48,041 bases of DNA from a virus (taxonomy: Duplodnaviria > Caudoviricetes): the IMG/VR virus record IMGVR_UViG_3300045000_000008, positions 1 through 48,041 of that record, one strand, 5' to 3'. Within the stretch, counting starts at the first letter, position 1. Every line of letters begins with the position of its first letter. Position numbers and translations under genes: made by a program. Under the pieces are notes generated by a model that was not told where the DNA came from, made no database searches, and worked only from the letters and a program-made list of their open reading frames with translations. This document shows, piece by piece, positions 30,565 to 39,960 of the stretch.

Positions 30565-31959
30565 ATGGACACACCTATTACGTTCGCCAGGCCGGAGGAT
30601 CCGCCTCTCGAAAGTCTGCCGGAAACCTGGGTCGATAGGTATACACAATGGGCATCTAAGCAGACCGATGCGCCATCGCAGTATCACGAAGTCAACTCCA
30701 TTACCACGTTGTCGACAGTGATGTGTCCTTATCTTATCTTTAACACCAGTTATGGTAGCTTCAAGGCCAATATCTGGTCCATGATTCTGGCTGGTACAAC
30801 CTTGACTCGCAAGAGTACCACCATGAATATGGCCCTCAAGATGCTTCACGAAGTCCACCCGGATTTCCTGATGGCCACTGAGGGATCACCAGAGGGCATG
30901 ATCTCAGAACTGTCCCACCGAGACGGCAAGATTGCTCTCTTCCACCGAGACGAAATCGCGGAGTGGATTGAGTCCATCCTTAAGAAGGATTATCTTGGTG
31001 GAATGATCGGCCTCTTCTGTAAGATTTATGATGGTGGAGTCGAGAAGAGGGTACTCCGCAAGGAATCCATTGACGTACTTGACCCCAACATGGTTATCCT
31101 GTCTGGTGGTATCAAGACCAAGATGGAAGAAATCATTACGATGGACCACATCAGGTCAGGCTTTCTGCCTAGGTTCATCATGGTTACCGGCAATACCAAG
31201 CTGGAAGATATGCGGCCGATTGGCCCACCTGTAGTAATCGATTATGGTAAGCGAGACCCAAGAGAAGAAGTCCTAGAAGAACTCTACAAGATTGTCTGTC
31301 ACTACATTCCTCAGGGTGGCGGAGAGAAGGTAGAGGTTAACGGCATATTCAAAACGACTAAAGAGAATCCCACGCGGCAGGAACTCACAGCCACACCAGA
31401 GACCTGGGCGAGAATCGCTCAGATGAAGTATGACGCAATGTACTTCGGTCTCCACTCAGTTAATCCTGAAATCTATAGCCCCCTCTATGACAGGCTCAGT
31501 AACTCAGTAATCAAAGTAGCCATGCTACTAGCCGGTGCCAGGCAGTCGATGACTATCGAGCTGCACGATCTGCAAAAGGCTATCTACTATTCCAACAAGT
31601 GGTTGGAAGCCATTACTAAGTTCGCCGCTGCACTTGAGACCATGCCGGAGATGGACAAGTGGGAGAAGAAGGCGGACAAGGTTCTCTCTTATATCAAGAG
31701 CCGCTTTCCAGATCCCGTTACTCGGACAGAGTTAATGCGTCGGTTCAGGGTCAAGTCTAAGGACATCGAAGACCTTGAGAAGACACTAGTCCAACGTGGC
31801 TACATCAGAATTCAGGTAGTAGATAACGGCCGTGATAGAGGCCGAACCAAGCGCACCGAATACGTCATGGCCACGGCCTACAACAAGCCGGAAGAAGACA
31901 CAATTGTCATCGCTGCCAGTGCAAAAGAAGATGTCCGAGGACGACGTAAGCTCCGTTAG
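30565..31959 (+). CDS. DUF3987/YfjI-type replication helicase-like ATPase with C-terminal winged helix
   Basis: LAGTTLTRKST, SPEG, RDE, SGFLPRF motifs. Confidence 0.7.
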   Translation: MDTPITFARPEDPPLESLPETWVDRYTQWASKQTDAPSQYHEVNSITTLSTVMCPYLIFNTSYGSFKANIWSMILAGTTLTRKSTTMNMALKMLHEVHPDFLMATEGSPEGMISELSHRDGKIALFHRDEIAEWIESILKKDYLGGMIGLFCKIYDGGVEKRVLRKESIDVLDPNMVILSGGIKTKMEEIITMDHIRSGFLPRFIMVTGNTKLEDMRPIGPPVVIDYGKRDPREEVLEELYKIVCHYIPQGGGEKVEVNGIFKTTKENPTRQELTATPETWARIAQMKYDAMYFGLHSVNPEIYSPLYDRLSNSVIKVAMLLAGARQSMTIELHDLQKAIYYSNKWLEAITKFAAALETMPEMDKWEKKADKVLSYIKSRFPDPVTRTELMRRFRVKSKDIEDLEKTLVQRGYIRIQVVDNGRDRGRTKRTEYVMATAYNKPEEDTIVIAASAKEDVRGRRKLR

Positions 31960-34297
31960 AAAGCATCCCCTTGCCAAGTGTGAGGAGTGCCCCCTTGCTG
32001 GAAAGGTCGGCCGGTATGTCCCTAGCGAATTTCCGGCAGAGGGCAAGGCTCGGATTGCTTTCCTGGGAGAGGCTCCGGCACGTACCGAGGTCAGTAAGCA
32101 ACGGCCTTTCGTCGGCCCGTCCGGCAAGCTCCTGGATCGAGTTCTCGACCACTATTCAATCGATCGGTCTGAGGTCCTACTTACAAACGCTGCTCTTTGT
32201 CGTTATCCTGACAATCTGGATGAACTGCCTGGAGCTGCTATTGAGGCTTGCCGACCTCGCCTGGAAGATGAACTCCGTCAGGCTGGCGTTGAGACCGTCG
32301 TCGCTATGGGTAACTCTGCAATCAAGTCGGCGGCCGATCCCAAGACGGCTAAGAAGGTCACCACGTATCGCGCAGGTCCCCCCAAGGATTCCCGATTCCC
32401 CGGCATCAAGCTAGTCCCTACATTCCACCCGGCGGCTTGCCTGCGTAATCACGGTAACTTCCCACACATGGTGGCCGACACGGGCAAGGCTGTCGCCTAT
32501 GACCCTCCCCGTGATTGGTACATTCCCACCATTGAGATTGTCGGCAACGTCAGTGCAGCCATCCAGGCGATTGATAGAATCGTCTCCCTCAACAGGGGAC
32601 AAGGTGTTGTTGTCGACACCGAGTCTGGTAATGACAAGGACTCCTCTTACGGCAATACGCACTTAGCGAACCTGCTCTGTGTGGGTGTAGGTCCACTGGA
32701 CCCCACGGATTACCACACGGTTTATGTGTTCACCAAGGAAGTCTTTGAAGCTCAGACCGTTAAGACTGAATTTGCGAAGATGCTCACGGAATGTGGGATC
32801 ATCGCACACAATGGCAAGTATGATCTTGCTGTATTGAACGCCGCTCTTGAAGTTGATCTTCCTCTTCCGCTAACGTTCGACACCATGCTGGCGCACTACG
32901 CGCTGGACGAACGAGGTGGAATCCATGGTCTTAAGTACCTCGCAACAGAGTTTCTGGGTACACCCGATTACGAGGCTGAGATCAAGCCGTATATCCAGAA
33001 CGGTAACTATGGGACCATTCCTACAGAGGTCCTTCACACATACAACGCATATGATGTTCATGCCACTCGGCTACTCTATGCGTATTTCTCTGACCAGGTT
33101 GAAGCTCAAGGACTCACCAAGGTTAACAACCATCTCCACAGGGTTAGCAGGATGCTCACTGTCGTGGAATCTCGGGGTCTTGGTTTCGACCAGGAGTATT
33201 CGGATAAGATGGAGTCGAGACTCCTTGAAGAGCAGGTCGCAGTTGAAGGAAGTATCCCTTTCAATCCCCGGTCTCATGTGCAAGTCAAGAAGTACTTCGC
33301 AGAGTTCGGGATCAAACTGCCAGACACTAGAGAAGAAACTCTTGTACATCTTGTAGACAAGCTCTCTGAGTCTTCCATCACCAGGGTTATGGTGGAACGA
33401 ATCCTCCGAGCCCGTGGATATACAAAGATGTTGTCCACCTACGTGACTGGCCTTCAAGAGAAGGTCACCGATGCAGGAACTATTCACCCTTCATTCCTAC
33501 TACACAGCACAACAACCGGACGGCTCAGTTCACGTAATCCTAATGCTCAAAATATCCCCCGCGCCAAAGAACTTAAGCGACAGTTCATTCCATCAAGTCC
33601 GGATAGAGTTTTCGTCCAGTGCGACTATTCACAGGCTGAGCTTAGAGTCATTACTTGGCTTGCTCAAGAGAGCGAACTAAGGGACCTCTTCAACGATCCC
33701 GCCAAGGACATCTTCACGGAGCTGTGTCGCGAGATGTTCCCAGAGTTCGACACCTGGAACGAAGCACAGCGCAAGGAAATCCGTACGCTGATCAAGACGT
33801 TCGCCTACGGTATTGCGTATGGCCGTACTGCCGCTGGTATTGCCGCTGACCCTGCATTCAATATGACGGTCGAGCAGGCCAGTGCGCACATGAAGAGGTT
33901 CCAACAGAAGATCCCTAATATCCTGGCCTTCCAGAAGGAGGTCATCAGGAAGGTGCATCGTGGAGAAGACCTTATCAATCCTTTTGGGCGGCATCGTCGT
34001 TTCTATCTCATCACTGACCAAAACCAGTCCGCAGTTCACAACGAAGCAATGGCCTACCTCCCCCAATCCACTGCTAGTGATATCTGTTTGGAAGCCGCCT
34101 GTCGTCTCTCAAAAGAGGGTGTGGACATTCGGAATCTCATTCACGACGCCATTCTCGCAGAAGCCAGACCCGACGAAGCCGTTGAAGTCCGTGAGCTGAT
34201 GTCTGCTACAATGGCCAAGGTAGCAGAAGAAGTTGTCGATGGTTATGTCCGATTCGACACCGACGGGAAGATTGGGATGAGCTGGGATGCCGTCTAA
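31931..34297 (+). CDS. polA: Family A DNA polymerase with N-terminal family-4 uracil-DNA glycosylase domain
   Basis: UDG: CEECPL, GEAP..E...PFVGPSG, PTFHPA; exonuclease: DTE, HNGKYD, YNAYD; polymerase: DYSQAELR, KTFAYGIAYG, IHDA. Confidence 0.93.
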   Translation: MSEDDVSSVRKHPLAKCEECPLAGKVGRYVPSEFPAEGKARIAFLGEAPARTEVSKQRPFVGPSGKLLDRVLDHYSIDRSEVLLTNAALCRYPDNLDELPGAAIEACRPRLEDELRQAGVETVVAMGNSAIKSAADPKTAKKVTTYRAGPPKDSRFPGIKLVPTFHPAACLRNHGNFPHMVADTGKAVAYDPPRDWYIPTIEIVGNVSAAIQAIDRIVSLNRGQGVVVDTESGNDKDSSYGNTHLANLLCVGVGPLDPTDYHTVYVFTKEVFEAQTVKTEFAKMLTECGIIAHNGKYDLAVLNAALEVDLPLPLTFDTMLAHYALDERGGIHGLKYLATEFLGTPDYEAEIKPYIQNGNYGTIPTEVLHTYNAYDVHATRLLYAYFSDQVEAQGLTKVNNHLHRVSRMLTVVESRGLGFDQEYSDKMESRLLEEQVAVEGSIPFNPRSHVQVKKYFAEFGIKLPDTREETLVHLVDKLSESSITRVMVERILRARGYTKMLSTYVTGLQEKVTDAGTIHPSFLLHSTTTGRLSSRNPNAQNIPRAKELKRQFIPSSPDRVFVQCDYSQAELRVITWLAQESELRDLFNDPAKDIFTELCREMFPEFDTWNEAQRKEIRTLIKTFAYGIAYGRTAAGIAADPAFNMTVEQASAHMKRFQQKIPNILAFQKEVIRKVHRGEDLINPFGRHRRFYLITDQNQSAVHNEAMAYLPQSTASDICLEAACRLSKEGVDIRNLIHDAILAEARPDEAVEVRELMSATMAKVAEEVVDGYVRFDTDGKIGMSWDAV

Positions 34298-34805
34298 GTG
34301 GAACATGGAACCATTCAAGCTCCTGAGCCTGGACCCTGGCGGCACGACAGGCATCGCCACCTCCCGCTTTATCGGGGATAGCATCGAGAACCCGAACATC
34401 GTCGATCTCAATTACACCACTTACGACATGGGTCCCATGAAGCATCATATGACACTGTGGGATTACATAGCGTCCTTCAACCCAGACACGATCATCTGTG
34501 AGTCGTTCGACTTCCGCCAGAACTACGGCCGTGAGGGAGAACGCAATAAGGTTGAGCTGATCTCCCGGGAGTACATCGGAGTCGCAGAGCTGTACTGCCA
34601 GATGACCAAGACCAAGCTGGTAATGCAAAGTGCTAGCATGGGTAAGAATTTCGTTCCGGATGATAAACTAGAGAAGACAGGCATTCTCGTCACCCCCGCG
34701 CATCCGAATCGCCACAAGAATGATGCGCTCCGCCACCTGGTCAGGTATCAGGTAGTGAACCTGGGTATTCGCTCTCCCATTGTTGACAACTGGAGGACTA
34801 CATAA
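34287..34805 (+). CDS. RuvC-like Holliday junction resolvase
   Basis: LSLDPGGTTG, ICESF, H-NDALRH. Confidence 0.8.
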   Translation: MPSKWNMEPFKLLSLDPGGTTGIATSRFIGDSIENPNIVDLNYTTYDMGPMKHHMTLWDYIASFNPDTIICESFDFRQNYGREGERNKVELISREYIGVAELYCQMTKTKLVMQSASMGKNFVPDDKLEKTGILVTPAHPNRHKNDALRHLVRYQVVNLGIRSPIVDNWRTT

Positions 34806-35257
34806 TGGATTATGAAACTGTGCTTACGAACGTGGTTAGTAGCATCGAAGAGCTTGAGCGTGAGGTCGACACCGAGGTCCGTAAGGAGTTCACGGACTAT
34901 GGTGAGCGACTGGATGAGGTTCTTGATGTCCTCCGTGCCATGGACAAGACGGATTTCATCCACCTGACTTCCCAACTGATGCACCTACATTCCTACGTCA
35001 CCCTGGGTACTCGCTGCGCTTGCACCGAGAAGGCACGTTGGCACGCCTGCCTGGGTCGCCTTGAGCTAGCAATGGATAACGCCGCTGATCGTTGCAAGCG
35101 GGGCATGGTGAATCTCCTTGTAGAGGAGGGTGCCCTCCCGCAAGATATTGCCGACGAACTTCTCAGGACTGATTACCAGATGACTGACGTCCTGCCGGAC
35201 CTGCCCACCAACACCGAGATCCCTAACGACGCATCGGAGCTGACCAAGGATGCCTGA
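34805..35257 (+). CDS. Hypothetical protein
   Basis: GGAGG RBS, TAATG coupling. Confidence 0.75.
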   Translation: MDYETVLTNVVSSIEELEREVDTEVRKEFTDYGERLDEVLDVLRAMDKTDFIHLTSQLMHLHSYVTLGTRCACTEKARWHACLGRLELAMDNAADRCKRGMVNLLVEEGALPQDIADELLRTDYQMTDVLPDLPTNTEIPNDASELTKDA

Positions 35258-35537
35258 AATTCCCTACCAGGATGATCAAGTCACCGAGATCCTGATTGAA
35301 GGTGCCCCTGACTGGATCCCAGTTAAGCGCGGTACATTCCAAGCAATCGAAGTCGGGTTCGAAAAGGCCAACATTAATGAAGATGCCCGCACCCGAATGG
35401 GACTCACGGCAGTAGATAAGATGGACGGTTCGGAAGTCTTCTTCTACGTCGAACGGCTCATCGCAGTGAAGTACACATTTGAAGAAAGCCACTCGGCTAG
35501 TGGAGTCCACACTGCCGACGGTCGACTTCTTCCATAG
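35250..35537 (+). CDS. Hypothetical protein
   Basis: 95-aa ORF overlapping previous stop. Confidence 0.7.
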   Translation: MPEIPYQDDQVTEILIEGAPDWIPVKRGTFQAIEVGFEKANINEDARTRMGLTAVDKMDGSEVFFYVERLIAVKYTFEESHSASGVHTADGRLLP

Positions 35538-35600
35538 CGCGTGTAGAATGACCCTGTACCTATTCATGGTATGGGGTCATTCTCGTTTCTAGGAGGAAAT

Positions 35601-36581
35601 ATGGCTCCAAGATATCCCGGGGCAAAGTGGCGACCTCTCGGTCCACAAACACAACCAAGAATGAAGGCCCACGATATTATCTGCCTTCACACCATGGTTG
35701 GCACTCTGTGGGGGACAGATCGTTATTTTCTGGACAATGGTTATGCCGGTAACGAATCTCACTTTGGCGTAGGTCACGATGGAGAAACGCTACAGTGGCA
35801 AGACTTAGACTATACTGCCGACGCTAACTACGGAGGCAACAATCACATCATTTCCATCGAGACGGCAGACATCGGTACTGGATTCCCCACCTGGGATATC
35901 CGTAGTGGATCTCAGGTACCGCCATGGACTGATGCCCAAATCGATAGACTCGCCGACTTGGTTGCCTGGTGTTGCAAGCAGTATGACATTCCTTGCGTCA
36001 TCATTCCCGACAGCAAGACCGGTCGTCGCGGGGTTGGCTATCACCGACAAGGCGTGCCCAATAAGAAGGGCGCAACCCTCTCGCAAACTGGCGGTGAGCT
36101 TTGGTCTAACTCTACTGGCAAGGTTTGCCCAGGAGATGCTCGCATCGCCCAGATCCCAACGATCGTCTCTAAGGCAAGGAAGATTCTGGGTGCCCCAGCC
36201 CCGAGTCCCATTCCTAACGAGCTAAAGCAAGCTATGGAAAGTGAGGATCAAATGGCTATTGTGCCCGTCGAAATTGAAGCCGACCTCAGGTACCACGTGG
36301 GTATTCAAGTAGAAGCCGGTGCAGGCTCGCGTATTGCTAAGGGAGCTTGGCTGTGCATGGGGAGCATGTGGGGTTGGACTGATGTCCTGGTCACCGCACA
36401 TGATGGAGCTGGCAAGGTGCTCTACCAATGGCGTCAACCGAATGGTGATCTGTACCGAGTTGCCGACAACCGAGTCTGGCCTCTTGAGCTGGGTGCAGGT
36501 ACCCGCTTGGTTTCCGTGGAAGGTGAGGTCGAGCACGAAGACACCCGGCCCTCATTCAGCCTGTACCACGTGCCGCTGTAG
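35601..36581 (+). CDS. N-acetylmuramoyl-L-alanine amidase (endolysin)
   Basis: AGGAGG RBS; CLHT, SHFGV, ISIET, GYHR, KVCPG Amidase_2 motifs. Confidence 0.88.
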   Translation: MAPRYPGAKWRPLGPQTQPRMKAHDIICLHTMVGTLWGTDRYFLDNGYAGNESHFGVGHDGETLQWQDLDYTADANYGGNNHIISIETADIGTGFPTWDIRSGSQVPPWTDAQIDRLADLVAWCCKQYDIPCVIIPDSKTGRRGVGYHRQGVPNKKGATLSQTGGELWSNSTGKVCPGDARIAQIPTIVSKARKILGAPAPSPIPNELKQAMESEDQMAIVPVEIEADLRYHVGIQVEAGAGSRIAKGAWLCMGSMWGWTDVLVTAHDGAGKVLYQWRQPNGDLYRVADNRVWPLELGAGTRLVSVEGEVEHEDTRPSFSLYHVPL

Positions 36582-36653
36582 GCCCGGCCCACCACACGCA
36601 CCCACTCCCACCAGCCCCAGAGCGGCCGTCCTACAGGCCGTGGGAGGTACGAC

Positions 36654-37373
36654 ATGGGCGGCCGACACCGCGCACCACGAGACCGGAGTTACCTGAGATG
36701 GATTGTGACAACGGGAACCCTGACTGCGATAGTCGCAACAACTGCACATGCATTGACGATTCCTCAACCAAGCGAAGCGAAGCCGCCAAGCCCACCCGAG
36801 ATGACGCAACCGAATCTCCCAGTAGTCACCCAGACTCCGATAACGATTATGACTACGCCGCCCCAACCAAGTACACCTACACCACTCTCGCTTACGCCTA
36901 CACCAACTACGCCACCTACTACCACGTCAATTCCTCCAAGTACTACCCAGAAGACTACGCCGAAGCCCAAGCCACCAGACCCACCTCCTCTACCTAAGGT
37001 CACTAGTACTTGTAAGACTAGTCTTCAAGGGACGCAGGAGCATGTTGCTCAAGCGGGCAGGCACATCATGAGTGTGTTTGGATTGCTGGAAAGTATCATC
37101 GGCGGTAGAGCAGGACGAGCAGGAGTCTCGGATCACCCATCGGGACTCGCTCTTGATTTCATGGTAAGCCGATCAACCGGAGATAAGATAGCTGATTACG
37201 TACTCTCTCACGCAGAATTGCTCAGCGTTAAGTACGTCATCTGGCGACAAAGAATCAAGTTTCCTGGTGGGTCATGGAAGACAATGGAGGATCGTGGATC
37301 CGCAACCGCGAACCATTACGACCACGTACACGTCAGCTTCCTGCGATCTCCAACGGGCGATCCAGAATGCTAG
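36654..37373 (+). CDS. Secreted Pro/Thr-rich protein with C-terminal ARB_07466-like (M15-type metallopeptidase-like) domain
   Basis: GRHR signal peptide; SDHPSGLALDFM, YVIWRQRI, TANHYDHVHVS. Confidence 0.8.
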   Translation: MGGRHRAPRDRSYLRWIVTTGTLTAIVATTAHALTIPQPSEAKPPSPPEMTQPNLPVVTQTPITIMTTPPQPSTPTPLSLTPTPTTPPTTTSIPPSTTQKTTPKPKPPDPPPLPKVTSTCKTSLQGTQEHVAQAGRHIMSVFGLLESIIGGRAGRAGVSDHPSGLALDFMVSRSTGDKIADYVLSHAELLSVKYVIWRQRIKFPGGSWKTMEDRGSATANHYDHVHVSFLRSPTGDPEC

Positions 37374-37798
37374 GAATTACGTGGAACGAATGGAAATGGA
37401 TAATCCCCCTGAGCCCGTTTGCAATATCAATGGGGGTATTCGCAGGGATAATGTCAGACAGTTCCCTGTACGACAAGGGCGACCTTTCTACGACTGTGGT
37501 AACCCCAACTGTCGTGCCTGCAACCCCACAAGTAATAACTGTAACTGTCCTACCTCCCCAACCGGCAGGGTCTACCACAAAGAATCCTGTCCCAACTACA
37601 CAACCCCAGACGACTGAGAGGCCGCCCCAGACATGGACCTTAACGAATACCAGAACCGCACCAAGCTCACAGCCTTCTACCCAGACTCAGGAACCGGTAA
37701 CGACAACGCCATTACCTACACCATCCTTGGAGCCGTCGGGGAAGCCGGGGAACTCGCCAACGCATGGAAGAAAGCCCTCCGAGACAAGGACCCCGTAA
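37367..37798 (+). CDS. Membrane-anchored Pro/Thr-rich protein (3' end overlaps MazG)
   Basis: ATG overlaps upstream stop region; TM WIIPLSPFAISMGVFAGIM; P/T-rich stalk. Confidence 0.55.
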   Translation: MLGITWNEWKWIIPLSPFAISMGVFAGIMSDSSLYDKGDLSTTVVTPTVVPATPQVITVTVLPPQPAGSTTKNPVPTTQPQTTERPPQTWTLTNTRTAPSSQPSTQTQEPVTTTPLPTPSLEPSGKPGNSPTHGRKPSETRTP

Positions 37799-37965
37799 TT
37801 GCTGAAGCGAAGCTGCGCTACGAACTCGGAGACGTTCTCTGGTATGTGAGCCAACTTGCTACCGAACTTGGCATGACACTCGAAGAAGTTGCCCAAATCA
37901 ACCTTGAGAAGCTGCGCGACCGGCAGGCCCGTGGACGACTGGGGGGTTCAGGAGATAACAGATGA
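37633..37965 (+). CDS. mazG: MazG-like nucleotide pyrophosphohydrolase
   Basis: LNEYQ, GEAGELAN..KK..RD, ELGDVLWY, N.EKL..R. Confidence 0.9.
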   Translation: MDLNEYQNRTKLTAFYPDSGTGNDNAITYTILGAVGEAGELANAWKKALRDKDPVIAEAKLRYELGDVLWYVSQLATELGMTLEEVAQINLEKLRDRQARGRLGGSGDNR

Positions 37966-39008
37966 TCACAAAGCGTGGCGCATTAGCCACCGCGGTAGGT
38001 GCGATCCTTCTTCTCAGTACCGGTACGGCAGTTGCTACCACTACCCAACAGCAATCGGTATCACGAGCAGAAGCTCTTGCAGCGCTCAATGAAGCGCAAC
38101 GACAACTGAATATCGTAGAAGACTATTTCAACGGCACACAGCCACCCCCATCACCGACTACCATTCCACCTACCACTACACAATCACCTACCACAACAAC
38201 CGATCCACCGCATCCAACTACTACGCAACCCACCCGACCTACCTCTACTACTCGACCACCAAGCACAACTAAGACCACGACCACAACTCAAGCGCCACCC
38301 ATTACCACGACCACTCAAGCACCACCTCCACCCCCACCCAATAACGGAAGCACTGCCGCTGAGCGTTTTGGTTGGGGTACACCTATCCCAGAAGGTAGCG
38401 ATGAATTCAACTACACAGGCGCTCCAGACCGGGCTAAGTGGTCAACCTATAACGGACCAGGACATGCAGGTAATGGCCGCCGCGTGGCAGGAAATAATCA
38501 AGTCGTTTCAGGAGTTCTTCAACAGACTGGCGAGTCAAATGGCGACTCTGCTGGAATGTCTTCACGACTTAACCAGAAGTATGGACGTTGGGAAGTTCGA
38601 GCACGCAGCTTCACTACGGGGCAGGGTGGAAATACATATCACCCGGTGCTCATCCTTTGGCCCCAGTCTAATGAATGGCCAGAAGGGGCCGAGTACGATT
38701 ACCTAGAGAATGGCGCACCTGGGGAGCAGTGTGCAGAAGCCTATCTTCACTATCCAAACCATGAACCCAAACGCCAAGAGCACGCTAAGAAATGCAACAT
38801 CGACCTTACTCAGTGGCACAACTTCGCTCTTGAATGGAAGCCTAACCTGCTGGTCGGCTACATCGATGGCGTAGAGTGGTTCCGCTTCACTGGTCAAGTT
38901 GCTAACGCCCCGGGCGCTATGCATCAAACAATCCAACTCGACAACTTCGCAGGTTCAGGAATGCAACCCGCAAAGTTTGAGGTTGATTGGGCTCGTGTTT
39001 ACCGTTGA
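37962..39008 (+). CDS. Secreted glycoside hydrolase family 16 with Pro/Thr linker
   Basis: Signal peptide; DEFN, YGRWEVR, catalytic EYDYLE (ExDxxE), WHNFALEW, FEVDWARVY. Confidence 0.88.
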   Translation: MITKRGALATAVGAILLLSTGTAVATTTQQQSVSRAEALAALNEAQRQLNIVEDYFNGTQPPPSPTTIPPTTTQSPTTTTDPPHPTTTQPTRPTSTTRPPSTTKTTTTTQAPPITTTTQAPPPPPPNNGSTAAERFGWGTPIPEGSDEFNYTGAPDRAKWSTYNGPGHAGNGRRVAGNNQVVSGVLQQTGESNGDSAGMSSRLNQKYGRWEVRARSFTTGQGGNTYHPVLILWPQSNEWPEGAEYDYLENGAPGEQCAEAYLHYPNHEPKRQEHAKKCNIDLTQWHNFALEWKPNLLVGYIDGVEWFRFTGQVANAPGAMHQTIQLDNFAGSGMQPAKFEVDWARVYR

Positions 39009-39053
39009 CCCGAGTAGGGTATGCTGAGAATGCATTCCCAACAGGGAGGGTGC

Positions 39054-39320
39054 ATGTTCGAGAGACTGATCGAACTACTCTCAATACCCAACAAGGTGAG
39101 GGGGCTGGAAGCGATGGCGGCACTGACTCAAGCTGCTCTTGTAGAGCTGAGTAATTCCATCGATGAGGTTGCCAATGAACTTGACGGCCTCGCGCGCACG
39201 GTAGAGGCGAACGACACCGAAACCGCTGCGCAGATCATGGCATCGGCTGAGCGTCTGCGGAACCTGCGGCCGGATACCCCGGTCGAGCCCGCTCCTGCTC
39301 CAGCAGAGCCAACTAGCTAA
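39054..39320 (+). CDS. Hypothetical coiled-coil protein
   Basis: GGGAGG RBS; ends before terminator. Confidence 0.65.
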   Translation: MFERLIELLSIPNKVRGLEAMAALTQAALVELSNSIDEVANELDGLARTVEANDTETAAQIMASAERLRNLRPDTPVEPAPAPAEPTS

Positions 39321-39330
39321 CAATTACATA

Positions 39331-39370
39331 AGAAAAGCCCCCGACCCAATTAAGGGAAGGGGGCTTTTCT
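39331..39370. terminator. Bidirectional intrinsic terminator between convergent arms
   Basis: AGAAAAGCCCC...GGGGCTTTTCT inverted repeat with A/T tracts on both sides. Confidence 0.85.
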
Positions 39371-39378
39371 ATGTGCTG

Positions 39379-39960
39379 TTACTGAACGCCACCGAGCCAA
39401 GCGTAGCGGTCATCCGAGAAGTCGAACGAAGGGTCGAGCAGGATTACGTACTGACCCTTGAGAACCTGCTCGCCATCCCAGCAAACGTCGCCACTGAGGT
39501 TACCTCCAGGAGCAAGCTCCCCAGCACTCAGAGAGTTCTTGCTTCCGCCGAAGCCGGTCATACGACCAACCCCATTGGGGTCTTGGAGCTTCCAGTCAAA
39601 GCCGCCATTGAAGTTCATGGACTCAGAGCTGTTGTTCTGATAGACAACCTGTGAACAGAGGTAGTTACCGATCGAAGTATTGACCTCGCGAAGTGCAGCC
39701 GCAGAAATCACCACTCCATCAACCGAGATCGCTCCGCCGACATCAGTCGACAAATCGCCGTCCATCTGCCCAGGGAACGCGAGGCTTGGCCTCTTAGATC
39801 CCGCCTGAGCGCCAGCCACAGCACCCGGTACCGCAGACCCCACCCCCGTCCCGCTAGCCCCGGAGCGTGGACCTGACAGGGCGGCCACGCACGAGCCGAC
39901 CAGCGCGATGAACACCACGACGGTAATACCTGCAATGAGAAGAACCTTCTTAGCTGACAT
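39379..39960 (-). CDS. Membrane-anchored DUF4352 protein
   Basis: N-terminal TM; DWKLQDPNG, LSAGELAPGG...GDVCW motifs. Confidence 0.75.
   Translation of the reverse strand: MSAKKVLLIAGITVVVFIALVGSCVAALSGPRSGASGTGVGSAVPGAVAGAQAGSKRPSLAFPGQMDGDLSTDVGGAISVDGVVISAAALREVNTSIGNYLCSQVVYQNNSSESMNFNGGFDWKLQDPNGVGRMTGFGGSKNSLSAGELAPGGNLSGDVCWDGEQVLKGQYVILLDPSFDFSDDRYAWLGGVQ

Noticed and set aside
37267-37617. Cys-rich 116-aa ORF as a metal-binding protein
   Set aside because: Cys/Asn/Tyr richness is expected from the -1 frame of Val/Thr/Pro codons in the overlapping TM + P/T-rich ORF; not fully excluded
31931-37965. Z-base or other modified-base system (PolA + MazG)
   Set aside because: No purZ, datZ or base-modification genes recognised in the window
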